Of a stretch of 64,000 nucleotides of DNA, positions 1 through 8,625 are shown in pieces (the first letter of the stretch is position 1; each line of letters opens with the position of its first letter). Below the pieces are notes generated by a model. It had not been told where the DNA came from. It worked only from the letters and a program-made list of their open reading frames with translations, and made no database searches. The translations under genes were made by a program, and so were the position numbers. The stretch lies in the sequence record MZ443780.1. One strand, given 5' to 3'.

Positions 1-422
1 AAGCGACGACACACTCCAGGTTTGCCCTTCTTGAAGATATGTCGTTTATGTTCGAAGACGTTATCGAGTAACCATTCTAGTGCTCGACTAAAATGTTTCT
101 CTGTCTTAGCAAACTTAGGCGCTACTGGGCCCCAACACTGCGAATTTACTCCGAATACCATCGGCAGAACTTTTCGCCCGAACTTAGAGGGGAACGGTGT
201 CCAAACCTCTCCGAACTTAGCGTTTCTCTGCTGGCTCTTAACAGGCGTATACAGCGATAGCTGCAACACATGCCAAAAGAACAGATTAATCTGTTTTCGG
301 TATTCAGCTTCATGTTTCTTCGGCCCATCGTACGGACAGGCGAATACTATGTTATTCTGAACCCACTTGATAGGAAACATCTCCTGGTACGTGGGATTCT
401 TCACCAAATACGGAGAAGCCAT
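1..422 (-). CDS. hypothetical protein, partial (runs off the left edge; MASPYLVKNPTYQEMFPIKW...)
   Basis: Read by hand and absent from the ORF track. ATG at 422 with GGAG RBS 6 nt upstream, open for 140 codons to the window edge, CTGTAAAAA motif upstream. Confidence 0.8.
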   Translation of the reverse strand, partial: MASPYLVKNPTYQEMFPIKWVQNNIVFACPYDGPKKHEAEYRKQINLFFWHVLQLSLYTPVKSQQRNAKFGEVWTPFPSKFGRKVLPMVFGVNSQCWGPVAPKFAKTEKHFSRALEWLLDNVFEHKRHIFKKGKPGVCRR

Positions 423-455
423 TGCATACTCCAGAAAAAGTGCTTCTTGCTCTTA

Positions 456-464
456 TTTTTACAG
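456..464 (-). promoter_or_regulatory. putative phage-sigma promoter motif CTGTAAAAA
   Basis: Variant of the recurrent CTGTAAAWA motif, 33 nt upstream of the ATG at 422. Confidence 0.45.
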
Positions 465-916
465 TTTTTGGTGCTTTTCGATCTTTTTCTTGTTTTAGGT
501 ACAAAACAGAGTCACATCTTAACCCTCACTTCAACACCCCTACCTAAACCTCATGCGGACAAGCGAACCTCAGCCGCCCGCCAGCCGACAAGCTAATCAA
601 CTAGCTTCGCTAGGACAGCTAACAAGCTAGGGCTAAATAGCTGGCTAGATAGGCTTATATTCATCATAGATGCTAGGGCTTTAATGGGTATCTAAGTGCT
701 AAAAATGAGCCAAGCGCGGATAGTCGTATGACGCTCGCTACGCATGTGAAATCAGCCGTAGACAGCTTAAAAGCGAAAAATCACCTAACTGATTTCGGTC
801 AAAAATACCATGTAACTTTTTTCGAAAATCGCACTCGAAACTGTACGAATCGTGAGATTTTTCTGAAAATAGAGGAAAAACCCGAATAAAATCAAGGACT
901 TTTCCCCCTTTTTCAG

Positions 917-1576
917 TTACTTTTTCTGCGAAACACGCTTCCCGAGCTTGACGCCGATTTGAGTCATGATGCGTTTGACAGTCTCCCCGTCGTGTTCAGC
1001 CATTGCACTCGCTAAACGTTCGCCCTGTTCACGCGATAGCTCTGGCATAATCATTTTCAGCATCTGTGAGCGCATCTTAGCTGATTTAGAGCGTCCTTTC
1101 GAGACAGACACGCCTTCATTCACCTTGAGCGCATTGCTAATCGCTTTCTGCACACGACGATCACCGAAGATATCGCCGAATACGTCACCGAACAGGTCTT
1201 TGAACGATAGACCACCGCTCATAATGTCGTTTTTCGTGAAACGCACAGGCTGTCCGAGAGCGTTTGTCTTCGTGCAGTGCGTGGATTCAACTTCGTTCGT
1301 TGTGCGTCCACCAGCACGGAAGTTCTCGTCAGGACGTGACGCTTTGCCCTCTGCGCCTGGCTTCGTGTTGCCATTACGCAGATCTGCATCACCTTCAACA
1401 GCTTTATCCGGGTCGAACATGTCGTCCGCTTTTGCGCTTTGATTCGCATCAAACGGAATCTTACCTGTCAGCTTGTTTGGATCTGGCCAACTGTCCGGGA
1501 TATCAGACGCAGGTTGTGGTTTGTTCGTCATATCACCGTTAGCTTCGCTGCTCAAGCTGATCTTAATACGTGCCAT
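917..1576 (-). CDS. hypothetical, probable virion/internal head protein (N-terminal ISLS motif)
   Basis: 219 aa, AGGAG RBS, starts MARIKISLSS. Confidence 0.7.
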   Translation of the reverse strand: MARIKISLSSEANGDMTNKPQPASDIPDSWPDPNKLTGKIPFDANQSAKADDMFDPDKAVEGDADLRNGNTKPGAEGKASRPDENFRAGGRTTNEVESTHCTKTNALGQPVRFTKNDIMSGGLSFKDLFGDVFGDIFGDRRVQKAISNALKVNEGVSVSKGRSKSAKMRSQMLKMIMPELSREQGERLASAMAEHDGETVKRIMTQIGVKLGKRVSQKK

Positions 1577-1587
1577 TGTCTTTTCTC

Positions 1588-2697
1588 CTATCGGATCTTA
1601 AAGCCATTGAAAATGTTGTACGCAACTTCTTTGCGCTGTACGGGACGCGTGGTACACACCCATTCCCATTGTTCGTTTCGTGCTGTGCGCTTCTTAGGCG
1701 CTTCCATAACTTTCAGCACATAGTTTTTGAACGGCAGAACGAGAATGTCTTCTGGTTCTAACGGACCTGATCGAGCGGGCAGCACGACCGTGATGTTACC
1801 AACAGTCAGCTCCTGATCGTAGTTCAACACGTTCGCTTCTTCGCTGATGTTGCCCTTAACAGGAGGCACACCCAAATCGAAGACGAGCGTACAATGCGTG
1901 AATGCCTCAACGCCTTTCACGCGCAGCGTAACGTGTTTGCCGCGCCACGGTTCAAGGTTCGCTGCTGTTAGTTCGACTTCAACGCCGTTCAGCACAAGCA
2001 TAGGGCGTGGAAACGCAGGTAGCATTGATTCGTTCAGACGTACCGAATATGTCGCCTGAGTAAAGTATTTTGGGATAAGCTGATCGAAATCCACGTAACT
2101 GTCTTTGCGCTGCTGTCTGAAAGTTGCAGGGCTGGTGGATTGATCGAGCGTGTAGCCTGATGCGTTTTGAATGTGGTGGTGAGTCACAACGTTGTAGATG
2201 TAGCCTGTGCTAACAAACCCGGGCACAACGCCCTGACGATAGCAGATGCCGCAGTTCGCAACGTTACCACCATCCCACTTGACGTCGAACTCTTCGCCTG
2301 TGTCGATGCCCATCAGGTCGGCAGCGTCCATTGCAGCATTCATGCCGTCGTCGATATCATCGAGAGTAACCACTTGGCGTCCACCACCAAACATACCTTT
2401 CGAGACAGTGCCAATCTTAACTCCGCCGTCCATAGAACTGGATTCGCGTCCGAGTGATTTGAGCGCACCGTCTTGGTTATCGAAGATATCGTTTTCAACT
2501 TTGTTGCAGCTACAGGTGAGGCCCATCTTCGCCTTTTTAAAGATGACGATATCGGTGGCGTCCACCTCAAGGGCCTGTTCGACTTTCGACTTCACAACCT
2601 CTTGGATTGAGTTCAGGCGTTTCTGCACTCGCTCCGTTTCGTAGGTTTTGTGCCTGTCGTATTTATTTCGCTGTTTTCCGCGTTCGATCCAGCTCAT
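1588..2697 (-). CDS. probable neck/head-closure-like structural protein with Cys motifs
   Basis: 369 aa, GAGGAG RBS. CSC and CGIC motifs; the C-terminal beta-rich segment (ITVVLP...EDILVL...YVLKVME...WVCTTRPV) resembles head-closure folds. Function is inferred. Confidence 0.5.
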   Translation of the reverse strand: MSWIERGKQRNKYDRHKTYETERVQKRLNSIQEVVKSKVEQALEVDATDIVIFKKAKMGLTCSCNKVENDIFDNQDGALKSLGRESSSMDGGVKIGTVSKGMFGGGRQVVTLDDIDDGMNAAMDAADLMGIDTGEEFDVKWDGGNVANCGICYRQGVVPGFVSTGYIYNVVTHHHIQNASGYTLDQSTSPATFRQQRKDSYVDFDQLIPKYFTQATYSVRLNESMLPAFPRPMLVLNGVEVELTAANLEPWRGKHVTLRVKGVEAFTHCTLVFDLGVPPVKGNISEEANVLNYDQELTVGNITVVLPARSGPLEPEDILVLPFKNYVLKVMEAPKKRTARNEQWEWVCTTRPVQRKEVAYNIFNGFKIR

Positions 2698-2751
2698 AAT
2701 CTTCTCCTCTGTGTGGTTGAAATTAGTGACTAAAAATTTCTACCTTCGACC

Positions 2752-2760
2752 TAGTAAATA
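2752..2760 (+). promoter_or_regulatory. putative phage-sigma promoter motif TAGTAAATA (variant)
   Basis: 35 nt upstream of the resolvase ATG. Confidence 0.35.
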
Positions 2761-2795
2761 CTTATTTATACGCATGTCAAGACACGGAGCCTTTT

Positions 2796-3344
2796 ATGCG
2801 TATTCTCTCAGGCGACCCGGGCAAGGTTAACTTCGCGTTGTCTGTTCAAGAGTTTAAGGACAAACGCATTACCGTGCTGGGTACGCGGATGTTTCAACAT
2901 CCTATCCAGAACCTGCATTACGATATGCGCCAACCAGTCAAAGAGTTCATGAAAGAGCTTGAAGACATTTGGAAGCGCTATGGACCGTTTGATGCAATGT
3001 GCTTTGAACGTTTTCAGTCACGCGGATTAGGCGGCAACACCATTGAAGCAATCAGCCTCATGCTCGGTGTTATCTCGCTGTTCGCGCTGAAAAAGAATTG
3101 TCCAATTGATTTGATTACGGCTAGTCAGTGGAAGAACGCGTTTAACCGCTCGATGGATCTCAAGGGGTACTACGCGCAGCACAACCTGACTTCGAAAAAG
3201 AGTCGTAAAGCAATTCACGAATTTGATGCCAGCCTTATCGGCGTCTACACCTTCTACCGTCACTCAGGAATCAAACCATTTGCTGGCTTCCATCGCATCG
3301 TTGATGTGTATGTGCCGCGATTCCTTGAGGCGCCTGTACTTTGA
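2796..3344 (+). CDS. RuvC-like (poxvirus A22-type) Holliday junction resolvase
   Basis: ILSGDPGKVNFA, CFERFQ, TASQWK and HEFDA motifs give the RNase H-fold acidic catalytic residues. Confidence 0.85.
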   Translation: MRILSGDPGKVNFALSVQEFKDKRITVLGTRMFQHPIQNLHYDMRQPVKEFMKELEDIWKRYGPFDAMCFERFQSRGLGGNTIEAISLMLGVISLFALKKNCPIDLITASQWKNAFNRSMDLKGYYAQHNLTSKKSRKAIHEFDASLIGVYTFYRHSGIKPFAGFHRIVDVYVPRFLEAPVL

Positions 3345-3354
3345 GGATTCAGAA

Positions 3355-3720
3355 ATGAAACAAGAACTGTTGAACAAACTCGCATTTGATGTGCTGTCCG
3401 AATTCGGTGTAGCGATGTTCCTCGATCGTGGTGAAGTCGGCTACAACAACGAAAGCTACGCAACGTTTGAAACGCTGTTCAGCGTGAAGTCTGACGCTGA
3501 TGGTTCAACGCTGGCAGCAGACCTACGTGCTAAGATCGCAGAGCATCTGGAGAAGCTGAAAGCAGAAGGTATGACGCGCAACTACAACGGCAATACCCAG
3601 CGCATGGCTGTTGTTGTCGAGTCGCCGAAACTTACCTACCGTGAGCCTATGGCAAACGAAATTCCAGGCGCGATGCTGTACTCATTCTCCATTGGCTTCC
3701 CCTTAATTCTGGCCAATTAA
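3355..3720 (+). CDS. hypothetical protein
   Basis: GAGG RBS before ATG 3355 (MKQELL...), 121 aa. Confidence 0.7.
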   Translation: MKQELLNKLAFDVLSEFGVAMFLDRGEVGYNNESYATFETLFSVKSDADGSTLAADLRAKIAEHLEKLKAEGMTRNYNGNTQRMAVVVESPKLTYREPMANEIPGAMLYSFSIGFPLILAN

Positions 3721-3721
3721 T

Positions 3722-3730
3722 CTGTAAATA
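3722..3730 (+). promoter_or_regulatory. putative phage-sigma promoter motif CTGTAAATA
   Basis: Intergenic, 36 nt upstream of ATG 3767. Confidence 0.5.
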
Positions 3731-3766
3731 TCCTTACTTGGTTAATGTGTCTTGTAGGGTAGCGAA

Positions 3767-4471
3767 ATGGCGAAGTTAAAGAAAGAACGATCAGTCAAGG
3801 TCAAAGCGAAAGTTAAGCCTGTTGTGAAAACAAAGGCGTCGACCAAGACGAAGAAAACAAAGAAGGAAAAAGCAATTCCTATTCGTGTTGTGGCAGACAC
3901 TCGTCCTATTATCACCTGTCCTGAGATGGAAGATAAGCCTCAACCATTTAAGTTCAAGGGGCAGTGTCCCATAACGACCTGTCAGTATTGCACACGCGAA
4001 ACACCGACCGGTTGTATGGCGCTTGACCGTAAAGAAGCTGCTGACCGTTCAATCTCTAACAAGGAGATCCAGTATTACAAACGTGGCCTCTTCCCGGAAC
4101 TTATGGAGATGGATCAAAAGCAGTTGGACAATACGATCCGCCGCGCACAAACTCGTGCCCGTACTGCTATCTGTCTTACTATGTTTATTGCCGGGATTGA
4201 TGATTCTGATTGCGATCGTTCTTTCCAGTACGTAGAAGGTCGGAGCAGAGCCGTCGATCAAGTACACAACTATCTTGTGCAGACGTTCAACGATTATCGT
4301 CCGTGGATGCTCGCGTATCTCGACGATGAGAAACGTTTCGCAGAGATGGTGGGTAAAATAACCAATTCCGAATTTAATTTAGGTGCAGCACTTCGTTTGA
4401 CGCCTCGTAAGTATCAGACGTTCTGCCTAGCGCTGCAAAACCTTAAACAATCTGGAGACTCCAATGAGTAA
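3767..4471 (+). CDS. hypothetical protein, Lys-rich N-tail and Cys cluster
   Basis: 234 aa; CPITTCQYC...GC motif. Confidence 0.75.
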   Translation: MAKLKKERSVKVKAKVKPVVKTKASTKTKKTKKEKAIPIRVVADTRPIITCPEMEDKPQPFKFKGQCPITTCQYCTRETPTGCMALDRKEAADRSISNKEIQYYKRGLFPELMEMDQKQLDNTIRRAQTRARTAICLTMFIAGIDDSDCDRSFQYVEGRSRAVDQVHNYLVQTFNDYRPWMLAYLDDEKRFAEMVGKITNSEFNLGAALRLTPRKYQTFCLALQNLKQSGDSNE

Positions 4472-6233
4472 CATTATTTCATTCGACCAGTTTCGCGCTA
4501 TGCTCAAGCGCAACATTCTGAAAGAACCTAAGATGCTGGTCAAGAACCAAACTCAGCCACTCGGTCAGATCATCTTCCAGTGCCCTGGTGACAACTTCAA
4601 AATGAAGGACATCACTATCCCTGCGTCACCGAATGCTATCGATCTGACGCTACAAGCTCCACTTGATAACCTGCTGGCGTGTGCTCAATTGAAATCTCTG
4701 TTCGACTTGCAGCGTATCGTTTTGCTGAACCCTGACGATATGCCAGTACCGGCAGAAGATATCGATCAGCCTGTTCTGTCTCAGCCACCAGTTGCTGGTG
4801 CGCTGTCTGTTGACGGTACAACTATCCCGAACGCTGTCGTGATCGTCGAACAAAACGGCAACGTCTGGACAGGCACTTCAAACAGTAGCGGTGTGTTCAA
4901 CGTGAACGTGTCCGGCCTTGAAGAAGGTCAGTTCTCGATCACTGTTACCGCAGAAGGTTATACGCCTGCACGTTACAACTTCACTGCTGGTGAGCAGCCG
5001 CTGCAACCTCTGCCTGAACCAACCGTACACGCAGTCTTCAAAGAGACAACCGTGTCGGGTACGACTGTGGCAAATGCTAATATTGTCGTGTCAGTGCAGA
5101 GCAAAGCGTACACCGGACAAGCTGATGATCAGGGTGCGTTCTCTATCAACGTTGACCCACTGCCGTTCGATACAATCTACGTGACTATCGAAGCGCCTGG
5201 GTATCTGTCCAAGCAGGTCACTGTTGTTACTGACAGCGTTCCTGGCCTTGCGCAGATTAACAGCGCACCTTTCCTGTCTACTTCTCTGGCAGGTAAAGCA
5301 AGCCCAAGCGCTCAGGTCGAGATTTTGATTGACGGACAAGCGAACCAGTTCGCTATCGCTGATGCAGACGGCAACTGGACTGCTGATGTCGGTGCTGTTA
5401 AAGGCGCTGTTACGATTCGTAGTCTGGAACAAGAAGGCTATGATGAAGCGACTGCGACAATGCAACCGACTAAGCTCCAGTTCGGTGCAATCACTGTCGA
5501 TGACGCTGACGCGTTTGGTGAGACACGCACTACCGTTACAGGTAACATTGCTGGTCTGAATCCAGAAGCGAACGATATCGCTGTTACCGTGACTGTTCAG
5601 GCTGGCGTGTACGAAGGTACTGTCAAACTCAGCAATGGCAACTTCACTATCACTGGTGTTGACGCTAAGGCGGGTGTTGGTGCGACTGGCGTTGTCAACG
5701 TCACCTCTGCGTTCTACGAAGATGGTGGCGCATCGTTTACCATTCTGGAAGAGTTCGCTGCGCCTACGCTGCAACAAGCACAGGATGGTCAGACTGCTGT
5801 AGTTGGTGACACTGTGGCAAGCACCACTGTTAAAGTCACCATGAACGGTGAAACCAAAACTGCGTCTTCAAACCCGCAGGGTGCGTTTAGCGTTGGTGGC
5901 TTCACTAACGTTGTTCCGGGCCCAGTCACTATCGAACTGTCTCGCGCTCAGTACCTGACTGCGAGCTTCGAAGTTACTCAGACCGTACAGGCTCGTGGTG
6001 AGCTTGATGCAGAGCTGAAATCTGGTGAAGACACCGTATCGGGATTAGCAACACCTGGCTCTACCGTATCTCTGACTCAGGACAGCATCACTGGTGATGC
6101 AGTAGCTGACGCGAGCACTGGTGAGTTCATTATCACGCTGTCCGGCCCTCTGGTTGAAGGTCAGGCTCAGCTTAAAGTTCAACATGCTGGTTATGTTGAC
6201 TATACTGAAACATTAGCTGTAGCGGCAGCTTAA
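4464..6233 (+). CDS. virion surface protein: N-terminal anchor domain plus about 6 tandem bacterial Ig-like repeats
   Basis: Six ~80-aa repeats (T.V.G.T...A.V.V...AD..G.F...I.V...GY); the N-terminal domain is paralogous to 6285..6941. Confidence 0.75.
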   Translation: MSNIISFDQFRAMLKRNILKEPKMLVKNQTQPLGQIIFQCPGDNFKMKDITIPASPNAIDLTLQAPLDNLLACAQLKSLFDLQRIVLLNPDDMPVPAEDIDQPVLSQPPVAGALSVDGTTIPNAVVIVEQNGNVWTGTSNSSGVFNVNVSGLEEGQFSITVTAEGYTPARYNFTAGEQPLQPLPEPTVHAVFKETTVSGTTVANANIVVSVQSKAYTGQADDQGAFSINVDPLPFDTIYVTIEAPGYLSKQVTVVTDSVPGLAQINSAPFLSTSLAGKASPSAQVEILIDGQANQFAIADADGNWTADVGAVKGAVTIRSLEQEGYDEATATMQPTKLQFGAITVDDADAFGETRTTVTGNIAGLNPEANDIAVTVTVQAGVYEGTVKLSNGNFTITGVDAKAGVGATGVVNVTSAFYEDGGASFTILEEFAAPTLQQAQDGQTAVVGDTVASTTVKVTMNGETKTASSNPQGAFSVGGFTNVVPGPVTIELSRAQYLTASFEVTQTVQARGELDAELKSGEDTVSGLATPGSTVSLTQDSITGDAVADASTGEFIITLSGPLVEGQAQLKVQHAGYVDYTETLAVAAA

Positions 6234-6284
6234 TCCTTTACAGGGGCTTCGGCCCCTAATTAAACTGAAATTCGGAGAGTTCCC

Positions 6285-6941
6285 ATGAGCACTAAAAACA
6301 ACACGCAAGTCCAGCCTATCACTCTGACTAAATACAACGAACTGTACGGCGACAACCCTGTTGCTCCTATGTACGTTGCCAACCGTACTGAGCCGCGCGG
6401 CAACGTAATGTTCAGCGCGAAAGATGATCTGGGTCAGCCTGTTGCTGTACTGGTACCTGCTACCTTCATCCCAATCGATCTGACTCAGCAAGCGACCAAA
6501 ACAAGCCTGATGCAGTCTACTCACCTGCGCCGCGCTCTGCGTATCGGTCAGCTGGTCATTCTCGAAACTGAAACCGCAGAAGAATATCTGCGCACCAGCG
6601 CTATGGCGAAAACTGAAATGCGTCATCTGAACAAGATGAATGCGTCTATCGCTGCTGAACTGGAAGAAGTCGACGGTCAGCTCGCGCCTATCAATCTGGC
6701 TGGTGGCAACACCAAGAAACAGATTCAGTTCGAAGACGGCGATCAGTTGTCAAGCAACCAGTTCGTTAACGCGTTCATCGCTCGCGCCGCAGAAGACAGC
6801 GGTGAGTCTGACGACAACCTCGAACGTGAGTTCCTGTCTCGTGGCCTGGGTCTGCCTGTGTCTGAGCTGGAAATTCTTCGCGCTAACATCTCTCGTCCGG
6901 CAATCGTTGACCTGATCGTTCAGGCAATCACTGACGCATAA
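6285..6941 (+). CDS. probable capsid-associated protein, paralog of the N-domain of 4464..6233
   Basis: GGAG RBS, strong codon bias, shared V.N.T.P.G...F...PA...IDLT.QA motif. Confidence 0.7.
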   Translation: MSTKNNTQVQPITLTKYNELYGDNPVAPMYVANRTEPRGNVMFSAKDDLGQPVAVLVPATFIPIDLTQQATKTSLMQSTHLRRALRIGQLVILETETAEEYLRTSAMAKTEMRHLNKMNASIAAELEEVDGQLAPINLAGGNTKKQIQFEDGDQLSSNQFVNAFIARAAEDSGESDDNLEREFLSRGLGLPVSELEILRANISRPAIVDLIVQAITDA

Positions 6942-6956
6942 TCTCAGTGTTGCGAC

Positions 6957-6997
6957 AAAAAAAAATGGGAGGCCCCGAAAGGAGTCTCCCATTTTTA
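6957..6997. terminator. bidirectional intrinsic terminator
   Basis: A-tract, ATGGGAG...CTCCCAT stem, T-tract, between convergent genes. Confidence 0.85.
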
Positions 6998-7168
6998 TTA
7001 CTTCTGCTGTTGTCTCATTCGATCAAGGAACGCCACACCTTCACCTGGCTTAACGATGCGCGGTTCAACCTTGATGCGATTGATCAGACGTTGCATACGG
7101 CGAAGATTGCGTTTGCGTAAATCCTCGATTGAGTGTTGCTTGTACTGCGTTCTGTATTTCAGAGCCAT
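6998..7168 (-). CDS. small basic protein (56 aa, MALKYRTQYKQHSIEDLRKRNLRRMQRL...)
   Basis: Read by hand, below the track cutoff. GAGGAAG RBS; immediately follows the primase stop and ends at the terminator. Confidence 0.7.
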   Translation of the reverse strand: MALKYRTQYKQHSIEDLRKRNLRRMQRLINRIKVEPRIVKPGEGVAFLDRMRQQQK

Positions 7169-7169
7169 G

Positions 7170-8225
7170 CTACTTCCTCTTTTCTATTGCTTTCGGTCTG
7201 TTCCACCCAAGTGCTTTCGCTGGCATGATACACTTCTTACCGTGTATGTCACGCAGCGTCATGCGAACTTCTTTGATCAACTTGAATGGTGCGTTGTCAG
7301 GGTCGAGCTTAATCAGCTTACCGTCTTCGTCAAATTCACGCGGTAACTTGAAGTGCTTAACAGGTACCGGAGAGTTACGCTCGAACTCCTCTTTGATTTT
7401 TCCACGCAGTAACTTACCGCCACCATCGTTGTCTGTCATCGTGTAGACTACGCTCACGCCCAGCATCTCAAGTGTTCTACGTTTCGTTTCACCGAACTGC
7501 TCTGCACCAAGCACTGCGAGTGCCGGTATGCCATACGACAATAACGCAAGCGCATCACGAGGACCTTCGACAAGCACAACGTATCTCAGCTTGTACTTTT
7601 TCAAACACTCTTTCACAAGCGGCAACGGGAATAGACCTTTATCTTTTGCCCAATCGCCTTGCGAGTTCACATAGCTGGTGCCGTTCATTTGCTTACGCAG
7701 ATAAGCAGCGATACCGCCTATGTATTTCGTACCATGCTTGCACGGGAAGAAGCAGACGTTCGTGCCTGTGTGCTGTGCATTAAGCAGACCACCAGCAGCA
7801 CGAACAAGCGCACCGGGATAACCGCGCCACTCAACATCTAGCGGCCACTCCATGTAAGACTTGCGCCCAAGAGCTTTCATCAATAGACCAACAGACGGGT
7901 AAGTACCTATCTTCTGTCCGATGTGCTCATACGTTTTAAGCAGAGCGCTCAAGCTGTTCGTGCCGGCGTCTTTCAGCGCCCAGCCTTTGATCTCTTGCAG
8001 CTTGGCATGTGCCGCTAATTTGTTCCAGCCACCCTTCTCACCACAACCAAAGCAGTGAAAGAACCCTAACGGGATTTCCATGCCTACAGAAGTGTAAATA
8101 CCACAACTAGGAGTCTTATCGCTGTGGAAGGGGCAGCACACCATCACGGTGTCGCCGTTGTATTTCTTCTCTCCCGGCAGTTTACCGATTTCCTCAAGAA
8201 TTATCTGATGAACGTCTTCTGCCAT
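7170..8225 (-). CDS. dnaG: DNA primase (CHC2 zinc finger plus TOPRIM)
   Basis: CCPFHSDKTPSC...FHCFGCG zinc finger; VVLVEGPRDAL and TDND TOPRIM motifs. Confidence 0.93.
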   Translation of the reverse strand: MAEDVHQIILEEIGKLPGEKKYNGDTVMVCCPFHSDKTPSCGIYTSVGMEIPLGFFHCFGCGEKGGWNKLAAHAKLQEIKGWALKDAGTNSLSALLKTYEHIGQKIGTYPSVGLLMKALGRKSYMEWPLDVEWRGYPGALVRAAGGLLNAQHTGTNVCFFPCKHGTKYIGGIAAYLRKQMNGTSYVNSQGDWAKDKGLFPLPLVKECLKKYKLRYVVLVEGPRDALALLSYGIPALAVLGAEQFGETKRRTLEMLGVSVVYTMTDNDGGGKLLRGKIKEEFERNSPVPVKHFKLPREFDEDGKLIKLDPDNAPFKLIKEVRMTLRDIHGKKCIMPAKALGWNRPKAIEKRK

Positions 8226-8264
8226 ACCATCCTCTATTCATTTCGTAATTTACGCATATAAGCA

Positions 8265-8273
8265 TATTTACAG
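8265..8273 (-). promoter_or_regulatory. putative phage-sigma promoter motif CTGTAAATA
   Basis: 39 nt upstream of the primase ATG on the minus strand. Confidence 0.5.
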
Positions 8274-8289
8274 ATAAGGGATAATAAGA

Positions 8290-8625
8290 ATGGGTAATCC
8301 ACATCGCTATGTACATTCCGCAGAGCGTCGTTTCTATGAACGGCACTGGTTACAGTTCTGCGATCTACTGAAAGTTGAACCTCAAACTCTCGGTGCTTTC
8401 AATAAGCAGGGCGATATGATTGGTCTTTATCTGCCTGTCGATTCAGACATTACGGAAATGACCAAGAGCATTAAGCTGATGTATTCCGTCACGGAAGATG
8501 ATGTTGAAGTGCGCTGTTACCTGTTCGGTACTCGCTACTACAAGTTCGTATTCTTTGAACAAACAATTGCAGTAAGCGAGGACGATGATGAGAACGTTCG
8601 CAAACGTACCAGCGCGAGTCAATGA
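8290..8625 (+). CDS. hypothetical protein
   Basis: 111 aa, AAGGGA RBS. Confidence 0.7.
   Translation: MGNPHRYVHSAERRFYERHWLQFCDLLKVEPQTLGAFNKQGDMIGLYLPVDSDITEMTKSIKLMYSVTEDDVEVRCYLFGTRYYKFVFFEQTIAVSEDDDENVRKRTSASQ

Noticed and set aside
22-596. Track ORFs 22..360 (+), 270..596 (+) and 146..328 (-)
   Set aside because: No RBS. The real gene is the edge-truncated minus-strand ORF starting at 422.
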